Part shown: positions 41,744 through 56,195 of the stretch, one piece after another
Layout of the letters: each line of letters starts with the position of its first letter
How positions within the stretch are numbered: the first letter of the stretch is position 1
Source of the DNA: an uncultured delta proteobacterium
Lineage (GTDB): Bacteria; Desulfobacterota; Binatia; Binatales; Binataceae
Direction: 5' to 3'
Length of the DNA stretch: 64,000 nucleotides
Assembly: GCA_963794325.1 (NCBI GenBank)
Contig: CAWCDG010000004.1
Coordinates: forward strand, 480,001 to 544,000
The notes under the pieces: model-generated
The model's database searches: none
Seen by the model: only the letters and a program-made list of their open reading frames with translations
What the model was told of the DNA's origin: nothing
Translations under genes and position numbers: made by a program

Positions 41744-43537
41744 ATGACGCGCAATTTCCGATTGTTTTCATACGCTACGTTACTGGCTGGAGCTTTCCTT
41801 GCCGTATCTTTGATCGCGGCGCCGGCGGCGCATGCGGTCAAGGCTGACGAGCTGGTAAAAATCAATTCCGCGACGATCGATCCCCCGCTGAAGGCCAGCG
41901 GCGCGAGCACGCTCAAGGTCGCCGCCACGGTGATTCCGGACTGGCATATCAATTCGGACAAGCCGTTCAGCGAGGACTACATTCCGACCAAGCTCGAAAT
42001 CAAAGGGCCGGTCAGCGTGACGCCGGGCGCAATCAAGTATCCGCCGGCGGAGACAATGGCGCTCGATCCGGCGGCGGGCGGCGACAAGATTTCGGTGTTC
42101 GGCGGTGATATCAAATTTGAAGTGCCGTTGAAGGCGGGCGCCGACTTCGCGCCGAAGCCAGGCGACGCGATCACGGTCACGATCGATTATCAGGGGTGCA
42201 ACAACAACGAATGCTTGCGGCCGGCATCCGCCAGTACGACAGTCGCGCTGGCGGTTCCGAACGCGGCTGCTGGCGCGCTCAGCGGTATTAGCGCTGGCAG
42301 CATGACGCTCGGCGGCGGCGTCGGCAGTGGCGACGATTCCGGCGGCGCGATCTCGCGCATCTTCGACAATCATGGATGGTTCCTCGGCTTCCTCGCGGTT
42401 TTCCTCGGCGGGCTCGCGCTCAATCTGACGCCGTGCGTCTATCCGCTAATCGGCGTGACGATCGCGTACTTCGGCAACCAGGGCGGCGGCCATCGCCGTG
42501 TGATGTACCTGGCGATTGTGTTCGTGCTCGGAATCGCGCTGATGTTCTCGTCGGTGGGTGTCGCGGTCGCGATGTCGGGCGGGCTATTCGGCGCCGCTTT
42601 GCAAAATCCGGTCGTGCTCGTCGTGCTCTCGATGATGCTCTTGACCCTTGCCGCGTCGAGCTTCGGACTGTTCGTATTGCAGCCGCCGCAGTGGATTATG
42701 CAGCGTGCCGGATCGGCGCATCCCGGATATGCGGGCGCGTTGTTGATGGGCCTTGGGATGGGTGTAGTGGCGGCGCCATGCATCGGCCCGATCGTGCTCG
42801 GGCTGCTGCTGATGGTCGAGAAAAGCGGAAGCGCGCTTTTCGGATTCGCGCTGTTCTTCACGCTGGCATTGGGACTCGGACTGCCGTACATCGGGCTTGC
42901 GATGGCGGCGGGACATATCCGCCGCCTGCCGCGGTCGGGCGAATGGCTTACCTGGGTCGAGCATCTTTTCGGATTCGTGCTGGTCGGACTCGCGTTGTAT
43001 TTTCTCGATCCGGTCGTGCCGAACAATCTGATGACGCGAATACTCCCGTACTACGCTGCGGGCGTGGGAATTTACCTCGGCTTCATTTCGCCCGAGGGTC
43101 GAAGCTGGCGTCCGTTCCTCGTGATGAGGTCGGCAATCGGCGTAGCCGCGGTCGCGGCGCTCATATTCTTGCTGTATCCGCGACAGCCACAGGAGAAGCT
43201 TCGCTTCGAGCCGTTCGACTCCGGGTTGCTCGCGTCGGCGACCGAAGCGCGCAAGCCGGTGCTGATCGATTTTAGTGCCGATTGGTGTATCCCATGCCGC
43301 GAGATGGAGCATTCGACCTTTATCGATCCGTCCGTGGTCAGCGAGGCCAAGCGCTTCGTCACGATGAAGGCGAATTTGACCGCGCAGGACAAGAAGACTG
43401 AAGACCTGATGACCAAGTTCGAAATCCAGGGCGTGCCGACGACCGTGATGATCGACTCGGCGGGCAAAGTGTTGCAGCGCAAAGTCGGTTATATCGGGCC
43501 GCGCGAGATGCTCGCGGATCTAAGGCACGTCGATTGA
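41744..43537 (+). CDS. dsbD: Thiol:disulfide interchange protein DsbD-like
   Basis: Signal peptide, YQGCNNNECLRP, LTPCVYP, AAPCIGP, thioredoxin ADWCIPC. Confidence 0.92.
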   Translation: MTRNFRLFSYATLLAGAFLAVSLIAAPAAHAVKADELVKINSATIDPPLKASGASTLKVAATVIPDWHINSDKPFSEDYIPTKLEIKGPVSVTPGAIKYPPAETMALDPAAGGDKISVFGGDIKFEVPLKAGADFAPKPGDAITVTIDYQGCNNNECLRPASASTTVALAVPNAAAGALSGISAGSMTLGGGVGSGDDSGGAISRIFDNHGWFLGFLAVFLGGLALNLTPCVYPLIGVTIAYFGNQGGGHRRVMYLAIVFVLGIALMFSSVGVAVAMSGGLFGAALQNPVVLVVLSMMLLTLAASSFGLFVLQPPQWIMQRAGSAHPGYAGALLMGLGMGVVAAPCIGPIVLGLLLMVEKSGSALFGFALFFTLALGLGLPYIGLAMAAGHIRRLPRSGEWLTWVEHLFGFVLVGLALYFLDPVVPNNLMTRILPYYAAGVGIYLGFISPEGRSWRPFLVMRSAIGVAAVAALIFLLYPRQPQEKLRFEPFDSGLLASATEARKPVLIDFSADWCIPCREMEHSTFIDPSVVSEAKRFVTMKANLTAQDKKTEDLMTKFEIQGVPTTVMIDSAGKVLQRKVGYIGPREMLADLRHVD

Positions 43538-43540
43538 AAT

Positions 43541-43745
43541 GCGGGGCTGCTCGCCCCGCACCCTCGGCAGGGGTGACCCCTGCACCCAGTATCCATTCAA
43601 GATGCGGGGCTTCGCCCCTGTTAGAACTATTCTAGAGAAGAAGCGTCGAGGTTTATCCGCGACTGCGGGCACCAGCACGCTTCGCGTCCTCTTCCATTGG
43701 GTGCAGGGGTCACCCCTGCCGCGGGCGCGGGGCGCGCAGCCCCGC
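43541..43745. mobile_element. MITE/REPIN-like non-coding element with 48-bp terminal inverted repeats (family B)
   Basis: 43541-43588 vs 43698-43745 are 45/48 inverted-identical; each contains two hairpins; partial internal copy at 43602-43620. Confidence 0.78.
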
Positions 43746-43815
43746 TATGATTCCTGCGCGCTGCGCTTCACATTGCGTGCGCGCTCTCCTACATTCGCGG
43801 GTATGAGGTTTAGCC

Positions 43816-44505
43816 ATGGCTGCGAATGACGGGTTCGTGCGCGAGATATTTGCGATGGTCAAAGAGCGGCGATCTTTCGGACGCCATCCGATTTGGCATC
43901 GAATTGCCGAGGGCAAAGTCTCCCAAGCCGGACTATGTAATTTCGCGACGCAGTTCTTTTTGCAGGTGCGTGAATTTCCGCGCGCGCTGAGCGCGTTGCA
44001 TTCGCGATGCATCAACGCGGAAGAGCGCGTGAAGCTCGCCGAGAGTTTGTACGAAGAGGAGACGGGGAAGATTTCCGGCAGCGCGCCGCATCCCGAGTTG
44101 TTCATCCGGCTCGGACTCGGCGTTGGGTTGAGCCGCGAGGACATGATCCACGGCAAGGCGCTTCCCTCGACTGCGGCGCTGATCGATTGGTTCGAGCTAT
44201 CGACCAAGGACCGATCTTTCGCGGAGGGAATCGGCGCGATCAATCTCGCGGCAGAGGGACAGGTGCCCGGCAACTTCGCGCCGTTCGCGCGCGCACTCGA
44301 AAAGTATTATGGGCTTTCGCGAGAGCAGGTCGCGTTTTTCGACGTGCATGAAATCGCGGATCGCGATCACAGCGACGTCGGCGACAACATTCTCAGTCAC
44401 ACACCGATGAGCGAGATCGAGCGCGCGAAAGTGTGGGCGGCGGTCGAGCGCTCGCTCGACATGTGGTGGCAATTCTTCGACGGAATCCAGCGCGCCTGCG
44501 AGTGA
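43816..44505 (+). CDS. TenA/PqqC/CADD-like heme-oxygenase-fold diiron redox protein
   Basis: HPIW, LYEEETG....HPELF, AEG, FFDVHEIADRDH metal-ligand pattern. Confidence 0.85.
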   Translation: MAANDGFVREIFAMVKERRSFGRHPIWHRIAEGKVSQAGLCNFATQFFLQVREFPRALSALHSRCINAEERVKLAESLYEEETGKISGSAPHPELFIRLGLGVGLSREDMIHGKALPSTAALIDWFELSTKDRSFAEGIGAINLAAEGQVPGNFAPFARALEKYYGLSREQVAFFDVHEIADRDHSDVGDNILSHTPMSEIERAKVWAAVERSLDMWWQFFDGIQRACE

Positions 44506-44631
44506 AACCTGCGTTACGTTAAAACGTCGCAAGACCAATCATGCCGCAATATTTCGCGCTTTTGCTGTTGCAACCTGCTATATTCGGCCCACTTGAAAAT
44601 AAGCTGAAGTAGGTATGGGGAGGAACGACCA

Positions 44632-45111
44632 ATGAGCCGACGAAAGGTAATGGCGGGGCTGGCTGCCGCGATGCTTCTGGTATTCGCATCGACGCAGGTC
44701 CAGGCGGGAGTGAAGTGCAAGACGAAGAAGAAAGGCGGCGACGTCTTCCACAATGGCGCCGACGGGAGCATGTGCGAGGCCGTCGCGGATAACACCAGCA
44801 AGTCGCAAGCAAAGGCGGCGGGAAGCGGAAGCATGGCGGAATCAACTTCCGACTCGCATGGCAAAGCAAAATCCACCGCGACCAGCGGCGGCAATGCTCA
44901 AGCGGCAGCGTTCGGGGACCCCGGATCGTGCAAAGCTACGGCCAGCGCTTCCAGTGGCGCGACAGCGTTCGCGCAATGTGAGGCCGGTGGTTTTGCGAAT
45001 GCGACCGCAACCAACGGAGGGCTGGCTATGGCCTTCGACGACAAGGCGCCAACCTGCGATCCCGGCGCCACCGGAACCGCCAAAGTTCACAGCAGCTTTG
45101 GCGATTGCTGA
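44632..45111 (+). CDS. Secreted Ala/Gly/Ser-rich repeat protein
   Basis: GGAGG RBS, signal peptide ending VQA, ~10-aa xAxAxAxxGG repeats, six Cys. Confidence 0.75.
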   Translation: MSRRKVMAGLAAAMLLVFASTQVQAGVKCKTKKKGGDVFHNGADGSMCEAVADNTSKSQAKAAGSGSMAESTSDSHGKAKSTATSGGNAQAAAFGDPGSCKATASASSGATAFAQCEAGGFANATATNGGLAMAFDDKAPTCDPGATGTAKVHSSFGDC

Positions 45112-45117
45112 TAGGGC

Positions 45118-45579
45118 TCAGATGTGATTTTTGAGCGCGTTGAGTTCCGCACCTGAATAACTAGAGAAAGGGCCAGGTGAGAGCAGGGAACTCTGAGAGG
45201 TAGCTGCTTCTGCTGGCGAAGAAGTTGGAGCAGGATGTGCTGGCACGACGTGTTGCGAGGCGCCGCTAGGTAAAGGAGACGGAGAACGCTGATTTAAACG
45301 GCCCAACTTCTGCAAATTCCACAGATCTTTTGCGGTTTGACAAATGTAGCCGCATCCCTTATCTGCGTTCGGGAGATTCATGCACATCTGTCTAGCTTCG
45401 GCCCAGTCTCCGGGTCTCTGTTCAAACTGTGGAGGCGGCGGTGATGCCGGTGCAGAAGAGCACCAATTCGGATTGAGTGGCGAGGAAGGAGTCGGCTGTT
45501 GCGCAGAGGCGCTAGCCGCAAACAGAGCAGTGACTATAACAGCAACCGCCGCCATTCGTACTCGTTTTGCAATGTCCAT
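45118..45579 (-). CDS. Hypothetical secreted protein, possibly truncated
   Basis: AGGAG RBS before ATG 45579; signal peptide ending ASA; four-Cys module and Pro/Ser tail; visibly lower GC. Confidence 0.6.
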   Translation of the reverse strand: MDIAKRVRMAAVAVIVTALFAASASAQQPTPSSPLNPNWCSSAPASPPPPQFEQRPGDWAEARQMCMNLPNADKGCGYICQTAKDLWNLQKLGRLNQRSPSPLPSGASQHVVPAHPAPTSSPAEAATSQSSLLSPGPFSSYSGAELNALKNHI

Positions 45580-46126
45580 GAGCACTCCTACAGTTTGCGG
45601 GAAAAGCCTGCCGTCCCAATTCCTGTTATCTACGAGTGAACATTGTGTAGGCCAAGGCAGTCGGAATGTCCAACTCACAGTATTGCAACTGTTCACAGTG
45701 TAGGACTCTCCGGCGAATCGGACTCGCCGAAAACAGATGCGTGTGTCCGGGTTCCGCCACCGCGACAGTTCACAGTTCCGGCAGCAACCGCTGATTGACG
45801 CGCGGGGCGCGACGTATCCGAGGTTCTGCATAGCGCTTCAGTTTTCGATTGAAATTTAGGTGCAATTTCGATCGCTTTTGGCGCAGGCTGTGCGTATCTA
45901 TTTTTGCAAAATGATGTTCTGTTATCTGCGCTGCCTCCTTTTAGAAAAACGCTCATAAAGCGGACGCCAGACAGGCTAGAAAGCGCCCGTTACCGGCTGC
46001 TTTTCTATCAACAGGCCATTCTGTCAAATGCCGTTTGATAACTCGGTAAAAATGACGAGTTTTTCCTTTACTTTGTTGCACTAGACAAATACAATTCTGA
46101 CTGGCGGTGGTGTGGCGGAAAGGTAG

Positions 46127-48580
<2,454 letters not shown>

Positions 48581-48625
48581 CGAGCGGCAACTTTGGATGC
48601 CCCGGCTCTGGGCCAAACGCATCGC

Positions 48626-48865
48626 ATGTCATCGAGGGAGTCGTTGCACGAAGAAATCCGCATCATGGTGACGAATTGCGCCGTGTGCGAACGTGACGCG
48701 CGCGATGCGGAGCAGAAGCTGGGCGTCGCGCTCGACCTCGAGGAAATCGCGCATCCTGAGGATTCGTTCGCGTACGATTTGCTGCCGCATCGGCGCGAAT
48801 TCCATCGCGAAAAACTGCTGAGCAAAATTCAACAATGGGCGGCGCTTGGCCAGCAATGCGACTAG
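48626..48865 (+). CDS. Hypothetical small CxxC protein between gyrB and gyrA (start 48593 or 48626)
   Basis: Co-oriented ORF filling the gyrB-gyrA gap with genome-like codon usage; NCAVCER motif. Confidence 0.62.
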   Translation: MSSRESLHEEIRIMVTNCAVCERDARDAEQKLGVALDLEEIAHPEDSFAYDLLPHRREFHREKLLSKIQQWAALGQQCD

Positions 48866-48904
48866 TCCAAATTTCCGCACGTGACTCACGGGAGCCCGGA
48901 TTAA

Positions 48905-51451
<2,547 letters not shown>

Positions 51452-51457
51452 CTAATA

Positions 51458-51483
51458 CAGTGACTATTCCGCAATAGTCATTG
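51458..51483. terminator. Hairpin between convergent gyrA and GST
   Basis: CAGTGACTATT-CCGC-AATAGTCATTG stem-loop. Confidence 0.55.
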
Positions 51484-51484
51484 A

Positions 51485-52093
51485 CTACGCCTTCGCGCTA
51501 GGCCGCGATGACACCTGGCTATGCCATCGTGCCAGGTTCGTCTGTTCCGGCTGAATTCGGATATCGACCGTCCGCGCGAAGTCGATCATGCAGAGAGTCG
51601 TGATGTCCGCGATTGAGTATTTGTCGCCCGCGATGAATTCCCGACTCTCCAACTCCGTATCGACCCACGCAATTCGATTGACCGCTGCGCGCTTTTGAAT
51701 CTCGCCGAATTCCGGTATCCGCCGGCTGCGCCCTTCTGCGACCTTGCTGAGATGCGACCAGACGTGTCCAACCGGCGCGAAGACTTCGAGTTCGATTCGC
51801 CGGTTCCACATCTCGACTAACGCCTTCTCGCGTGCGCCGACGCCGAACAGCGGCGGCGACGGCTGGATTTCCTCGAAGTATCGGCAAATCGCGACACTCT
51901 CTGAAAGACAACTGCCGTCGTCAAGTTCGAGAATCGGGAGCGAGCCGAGCGGATTCTTCTGGTAAAAATCCGGCGTGCGATTCGCATTGCGCATTATATC
52001 GACTTGCACCAGCTCGACGTCGATCCCCTTCTCCGCGAGGAAGATCCTCACTCGCCGGGGGCTTGGCGCAAGAGTGAAGTCGTACATTTTCAT
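51485..52093 (-). CDS. Glutathione S-transferase family protein
   Basis: ATG 52093; APSPRRVRIFLAEKG, NPLG.LP.LE, SESVAICRY, YSIADIT. Confidence 0.92.
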   Translation of the reverse strand: MKMYDFTLAPSPRRVRIFLAEKGIDVELVQVDIMRNANRTPDFYQKNPLGSLPILELDDGSCLSESVAICRYFEEIQPSPPLFGVGAREKALVEMWNRRIELEVFAPVGHVWSHLSKVAEGRSRRIPEFGEIQKRAAVNRIAWVDTELESREFIAGDKYSIADITTLCMIDFARTVDIRIQPEQTNLARWHSQVSSRPSAKA

Positions 52094-53310
52094 GATGCTT
52101 CGGCGGGCGGCTCTCCGGCCCCGGTTCCCTCCGCGCTGTAAGCATTGTCGGCGGCGGTCAGCGCCCTTCCCCGAGCAATCTCGAAACCCATCGAGCCGAG
52201 AATTTCTTCGAGCGCGTTCAGCGCCAGCATCACGTTCTCGCGGCGCGAGCCTTCGCCCATCAGGCCGACGCGCCAAATCTTACCTTTGAGCGGCCCGAGT
52301 CCCGCCGCGATTTCGATATTGAACAGCCGCAGCAATTCCGATCGCACCTTCATGTCGTCGATGTTTGCAGGCACCGCTATCGTTGTGAGTTGGGGCAGCC
52401 GGTGGCCCTCCTGCGCGGCGAGTTGCAGACCCATCGCCCGCACTCCGGCCTGGAACGCCGCCGCGTTGATGCGATGCCTCTTCCATCGCGCCTCCAGTCC
52501 TTCCTCGACGACGATTCGCAGCGCCTCGTACAGCGCGTAGTTCATCGTGATCGGCGCGGTGTGATGATAGAGGCGGTCGGGTCCCCAATACTGTTCGATC
52601 AGCGCGACGTCGAAGTACCAGGAACGGCACTTCGTTTTGCGTTTGCGCATCGCCTCCATCGCGCGTTCGCTGAACGTCACGGGCGACAGTCCCGGCGGCG
52701 CGCCGATTCCCTTCTGCGTGCAGCTGTAACAGGCGTCGATGTTCCACTGGTCGATCTCGACCGGCACGCACGCGAGCGATGTCACCGCGTCGATCGCGAT
52801 CATCGCGCCGTGCCGGTGCGCAAGCTCGGCGATTTCTTCGATCGGCTGATGAACCCCGGTCGAGGTTTCAGCGTGAACCACCGCGACCAGCTTCGGATTC
52901 TTCGCCGCCTTCAGCGCCGCCGCGACTTTCGCCGGCTCGACGATCGTTCCCCATTCCGCCTCGACCTTGTGAACCTTTGCGCCGAGCCGCGACGCGACTT
53001 CCGCCATCCGCGTGCCGAACGCGCCGTTGACTCCGACCACGACTTCGTCGCCGTCCTCGATCAGATTCGCCATCACCGTTTCCATCCCGGCGGACCCGGT
53101 GCCCGAGACGGGAAACGTGATCTCGTTTTTCGTGCGAAACACGATGCGCAGGAGCTTCTTGATATTCTCCATCACCTTCAGAAAATCGGGATCGAGATGA
53201 CCGACGACCGGCGACGCCATTGCTTTCATCACGCGCGGATTGACGTTCGACGGCCCCGGACCGAGCAGAATCCGCGCCGCCGGCCTGAGTTCTGGAAATG
53301 AATCCGCCAC
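52090..53310 (-). CDS. Alanine/serine--glyoxylate aminotransferase (class V PLP)
   Basis: LLGPGPS, SGTGSAGME, HAETSTG, DAVTSL, SCTQK, YHHTAP. Confidence 0.93.
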   Translation of the reverse strand: MADSFPELRPAARILLGPGPSNVNPRVMKAMASPVVGHLDPDFLKVMENIKKLLRIVFRTKNEITFPVSGTGSAGMETVMANLIEDGDEVVVGVNGAFGTRMAEVASRLGAKVHKVEAEWGTIVEPAKVAAALKAAKNPKLVAVVHAETSTGVHQPIEEIAELAHRHGAMIAIDAVTSLACVPVEIDQWNIDACYSCTQKGIGAPPGLSPVTFSERAMEAMRKRKTKCRSWYFDVALIEQYWGPDRLYHHTAPITMNYALYEALRIVVEEGLEARWKRHRINAAAFQAGVRAMGLQLAAQEGHRLPQLTTIAVPANIDDMKVRSELLRLFNIEIAAGLGPLKGKIWRVGLMGEGSRRENVMLALNALEEILGSMGFEIARGRALTAADNAYSAEGTGAGEPPAEAS

Positions 53311-53470
53311 CTTCTTTTCTCCTTAAATTGCGCTGGAAACCGCAAATCCGGCCCGGTTTCGCTTTCCTAGAAACAGATCGAACCTTGCTATTATGACCGC
53401 GAAGGATCAACCGCAAAAGCGTCGCTCGTGGTAGAGTGCTGCGGATATTGAACCGACCGTTGGAATAACA

Positions 53471-54904
53471 ATGAGCGCCATCGATCGCAAACTTCTCGAC
53501 GAGCTTCGCGAAATTCTGGGCGATGGCGGAATCGTCTCACGCGCGACCGAGCTTAAGGTTTACGAGTGCGACGGGTGGACTGTCGAAAAAAGCGTGCCCG
53601 ACGTCCTGCTGCTCCCGCGCACGACTTCGCAGTTGAGCGCAATTCTCAGCGCGCTGGATCGCCGCGGTATCGCTTTCGTTCCGCGCGGCGCCGGCACCGG
53701 ACTCTCCGGCGGATGTCTCCCGCTGAACGCGCCTGCGATGATCTGCACTTCGAAGATGAACCGGATTGTCGAAATCGATCTCGACAATCGGCGCGTCGTC
53801 GCCGAGAGCGGCGTCGTCAACCTGCACGTCACCAACGCCGTCAAGTCGAAAGGATATTTCTACGCGCCCGATCCGTCGTCGCAGGTCGCATGCACGATCG
53901 GTGGCAACATCGCCGAAAATTCCGGCGGCCCTCATACTCTGAAATACGGAGTGACGACTAATCACGTGCTCGCGCTCGAGCTGGTGCTGCCGGACGGCCA
54001 GGTCGTCGAGCTCGGTGGACCGGCGGAAGAACGATGCGGTTACGATTTGGTCGGCGCGGTCGTCGGCGCGGAGGGCACCACGGGAATCGTCACACGCGCG
54101 ACGCTCAAGCTGATGCGCGAGCCCGAGAACCATCGCACACTGCTCGCCACTTTTCCCGACGCCGACACCGCGACGCGCTCCGTGTCGATGATCATCGCGT
54201 CGGGGATTGTGCCTGCCGCTCTCGAAATGATGGACCAGCTCATCATTCAGGCCGTCGAGGAGGCGTTCCATGTCGGGCTGCCGCTTGACGCGGGCGCGGT
54301 GCTCATCATTGAGCTGGAAGGTCTCGAGGCGGGGCTGACGACCTATGCCGACGAGGTAATGAAGATTGTGAGTGCGGCCGGCGCGTCGAGCGTCAGGCTG
54401 GCGCGTGATGAAGCTGAACGCGCGTTGTTGTGGAAAGCGCGCAAACGGGCTTTCGGAGCGGTCGGGCGCCTCGCGCCAAATTACGCAACGCAGGACGGCG
54501 TCGTTCCGCGCACCTGCCTGCCGCAGATTCTGCGCGTGATCGCCGACGTCAGCCGTCGCTACGATTTGCGCATCGGCAACGTGTTCCACGCCGGCGACGG
54601 AAATTTGCATCCGATCATTCTTTACGACGAGCGCGAGCCCGATCAGGTCCGCCGTGCAATCGACGCGGGCCGCGAAATTCTTAAAGCCTGCATCGAGATG
54701 GGCGGGAGCCTCACCGGGGAGCACGGAATTGGCGTTGAGAAAATCGGCGAGATGGCGCTGATGTTCTCGCCCGACGATCTTCGCGTTATGACCGAGCTGC
54801 GCCACGTGTTCGATCCACTTGAGCGATCGAATCCCGGCAAAGTGGTCCCGCAACCCGGCGCGTGCGTCGAGGTTGCAGCGCCTCGCCGTCAGGTACCGAT
54901 TTAA
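53471..54904 (+). CDS. glcD: Glycolate oxidase subunit D
   Basis: RGAGTGLSGG, YAPDPSSQVACTIGGN, HAGDGNLHP, GEHGIG.EK, NPGK. Confidence 0.92.
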   Translation: MSAIDRKLLDELREILGDGGIVSRATELKVYECDGWTVEKSVPDVLLLPRTTSQLSAILSALDRRGIAFVPRGAGTGLSGGCLPLNAPAMICTSKMNRIVEIDLDNRRVVAESGVVNLHVTNAVKSKGYFYAPDPSSQVACTIGGNIAENSGGPHTLKYGVTTNHVLALELVLPDGQVVELGGPAEERCGYDLVGAVVGAEGTTGIVTRATLKLMREPENHRTLLATFPDADTATRSVSMIIASGIVPAALEMMDQLIIQAVEEAFHVGLPLDAGAVLIIELEGLEAGLTTYADEVMKIVSAAGASSVRLARDEAERALLWKARKRAFGAVGRLAPNYATQDGVVPRTCLPQILRVIADVSRRYDLRIGNVFHAGDGNLHPIILYDEREPDQVRRAIDAGREILKACIEMGGSLTGEHGIGVEKIGEMALMFSPDDLRVMTELRHVFDPLERSNPGKVVPQPGACVEVAAPRRQVPI

Positions 54905-54911
54905 TCGCCGC

Positions 54912-56195
54912 GTGCCAAAAATCGTGGCTGCCACTACCTCCTCAAATCTCGCGAACCATCTCGAATCGATCGTCAGCGCTGATTATGTCCGCGCACCAAC
55001 TGCGAGCGAGTCGCGCGCCGCGGAGGTGATCGTTGAGCCCGCGTCGGTCGGGGAAATTTGCGAAATCGTGAAAATGTGCGAAGCCGATCGTATCACGCTG
55101 GCTCCCATTGGATCGGCTCGATCGCTCTCGATGATCCGGCACACGCCCGTCGCACTCGGTATCTCGATGGTGCGGCTCGCGCGAATTGTCGCTCATGAAC
55201 CACACGACATGACGGTGGTGGCTGAATCAGGAATCACCGTCGACCAACTGAATGCGACGATGGCATCTACCCGTCAGCGGCTGCCGGTCGATCCTTGCAG
55301 TCCCGAATTGACGACGCTCGGCTCGCTGGTCGGCGCGTCGCACTCGGGGCCGCTGCGCCTCTCCGAGGGCACCTCGCGCGATCTACTGATCGGAGTTCGC
55401 TTCGTCGGTCACGGCGGCAACCTGGTTCATGGCGGTGGCCGCGTGGTCAAAAACGTCGCCGGTTATGATTTGATGAAGCTGATGGGCGGCTCGTTCGGCA
55501 CGCTTGGAATATTGACTGAGTTGACGTTCAAGGTGCGTCCGGTTCCACCCGAGTACTGTCTTGCGGTGATTCCGTATGCACGCGCAGCAGATGCGTTCGC
55601 CGCCGCCCACATACTCAATGAGTCGTTGCCACTGGCTAATCTCGATATACTAAGTCCTGCTCTCGCAGCGCGCTTCAACTCTACTACTCAATACCTGCTT
55701 CTAGCCGGTTTCTCGGGAAGTCCGCTCGAGATTGGCTACCAGGCTGAACGGATCCGCGATCTGATCGGCGCGCGCGGCGATATCCTTGACCCAGCGACCG
55801 CGCTCAAAAACTACGAGTTGCTGCGCGACATCGACTTTCATTCGGTTCCATTGTCGGCACAAATCGCGGTTCCGCCCGCGCTCCTCGCACGAGCGCTGGA
55901 GGCGTGCGGAAATGAAACTGAATTTCGAGCCCACGCCGGCTCAGGAGTCGCGCAGATGGTGCTCGCCGGCGAGCTCTCAGCCGAATCAGCGGTCAAGAGC
56001 GTCGCGCGATGGCGCGAGGCGGCGCATTCGGCGCACGGCAATCTTCGATTACTCGCCGCTGCTCCCGCCATTCGCGGTTCGCTGGAATTCTTCGACACTC
56101 CCAACGACGGCGCGCTCGCAATCATGCGCAGACTCAAGGCAGCCTTCGATCCAGCCGCGATCTTCAACCCCGGATGCTTCGTCGGAGGAATCTGA
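54912..56195 (+). CDS. glcE: Glycolate oxidase FAD-binding subunit E (start uncertain)
   Basis: HEPHDMTV, GGRVVKNVAGYDLMKL.GSFGTLG, LKAAFDP..IFNPG. Confidence 0.88.
   Translation: MPKIVAATTSSNLANHLESIVSADYVRAPTASESRAAEVIVEPASVGEICEIVKMCEADRITLAPIGSARSLSMIRHTPVALGISMVRLARIVAHEPHDMTVVAESGITVDQLNATMASTRQRLPVDPCSPELTTLGSLVGASHSGPLRLSEGTSRDLLIGVRFVGHGGNLVHGGGRVVKNVAGYDLMKLMGGSFGTLGILTELTFKVRPVPPEYCLAVIPYARAADAFAAAHILNESLPLANLDILSPALAARFNSTTQYLLLAGFSGSPLEIGYQAERIRDLIGARGDILDPATALKNYELLRDIDFHSVPLSAQIAVPPALLARALEACGNETEFRAHAGSGVAQMVLAGELSAESAVKSVARWREAAHSAHGNLRLLAAAPAIRGSLEFFDTPNDGALAIMRRLKAAFDPAAIFNPGCFVGGI

Noticed and set aside
44632-45111. RiPP precursor for the upstream diiron oxidase
   Set aside because: It has a Sec-type signal peptide and is 159 aa, and no peptidase, transporter or RRE gene is nearby.
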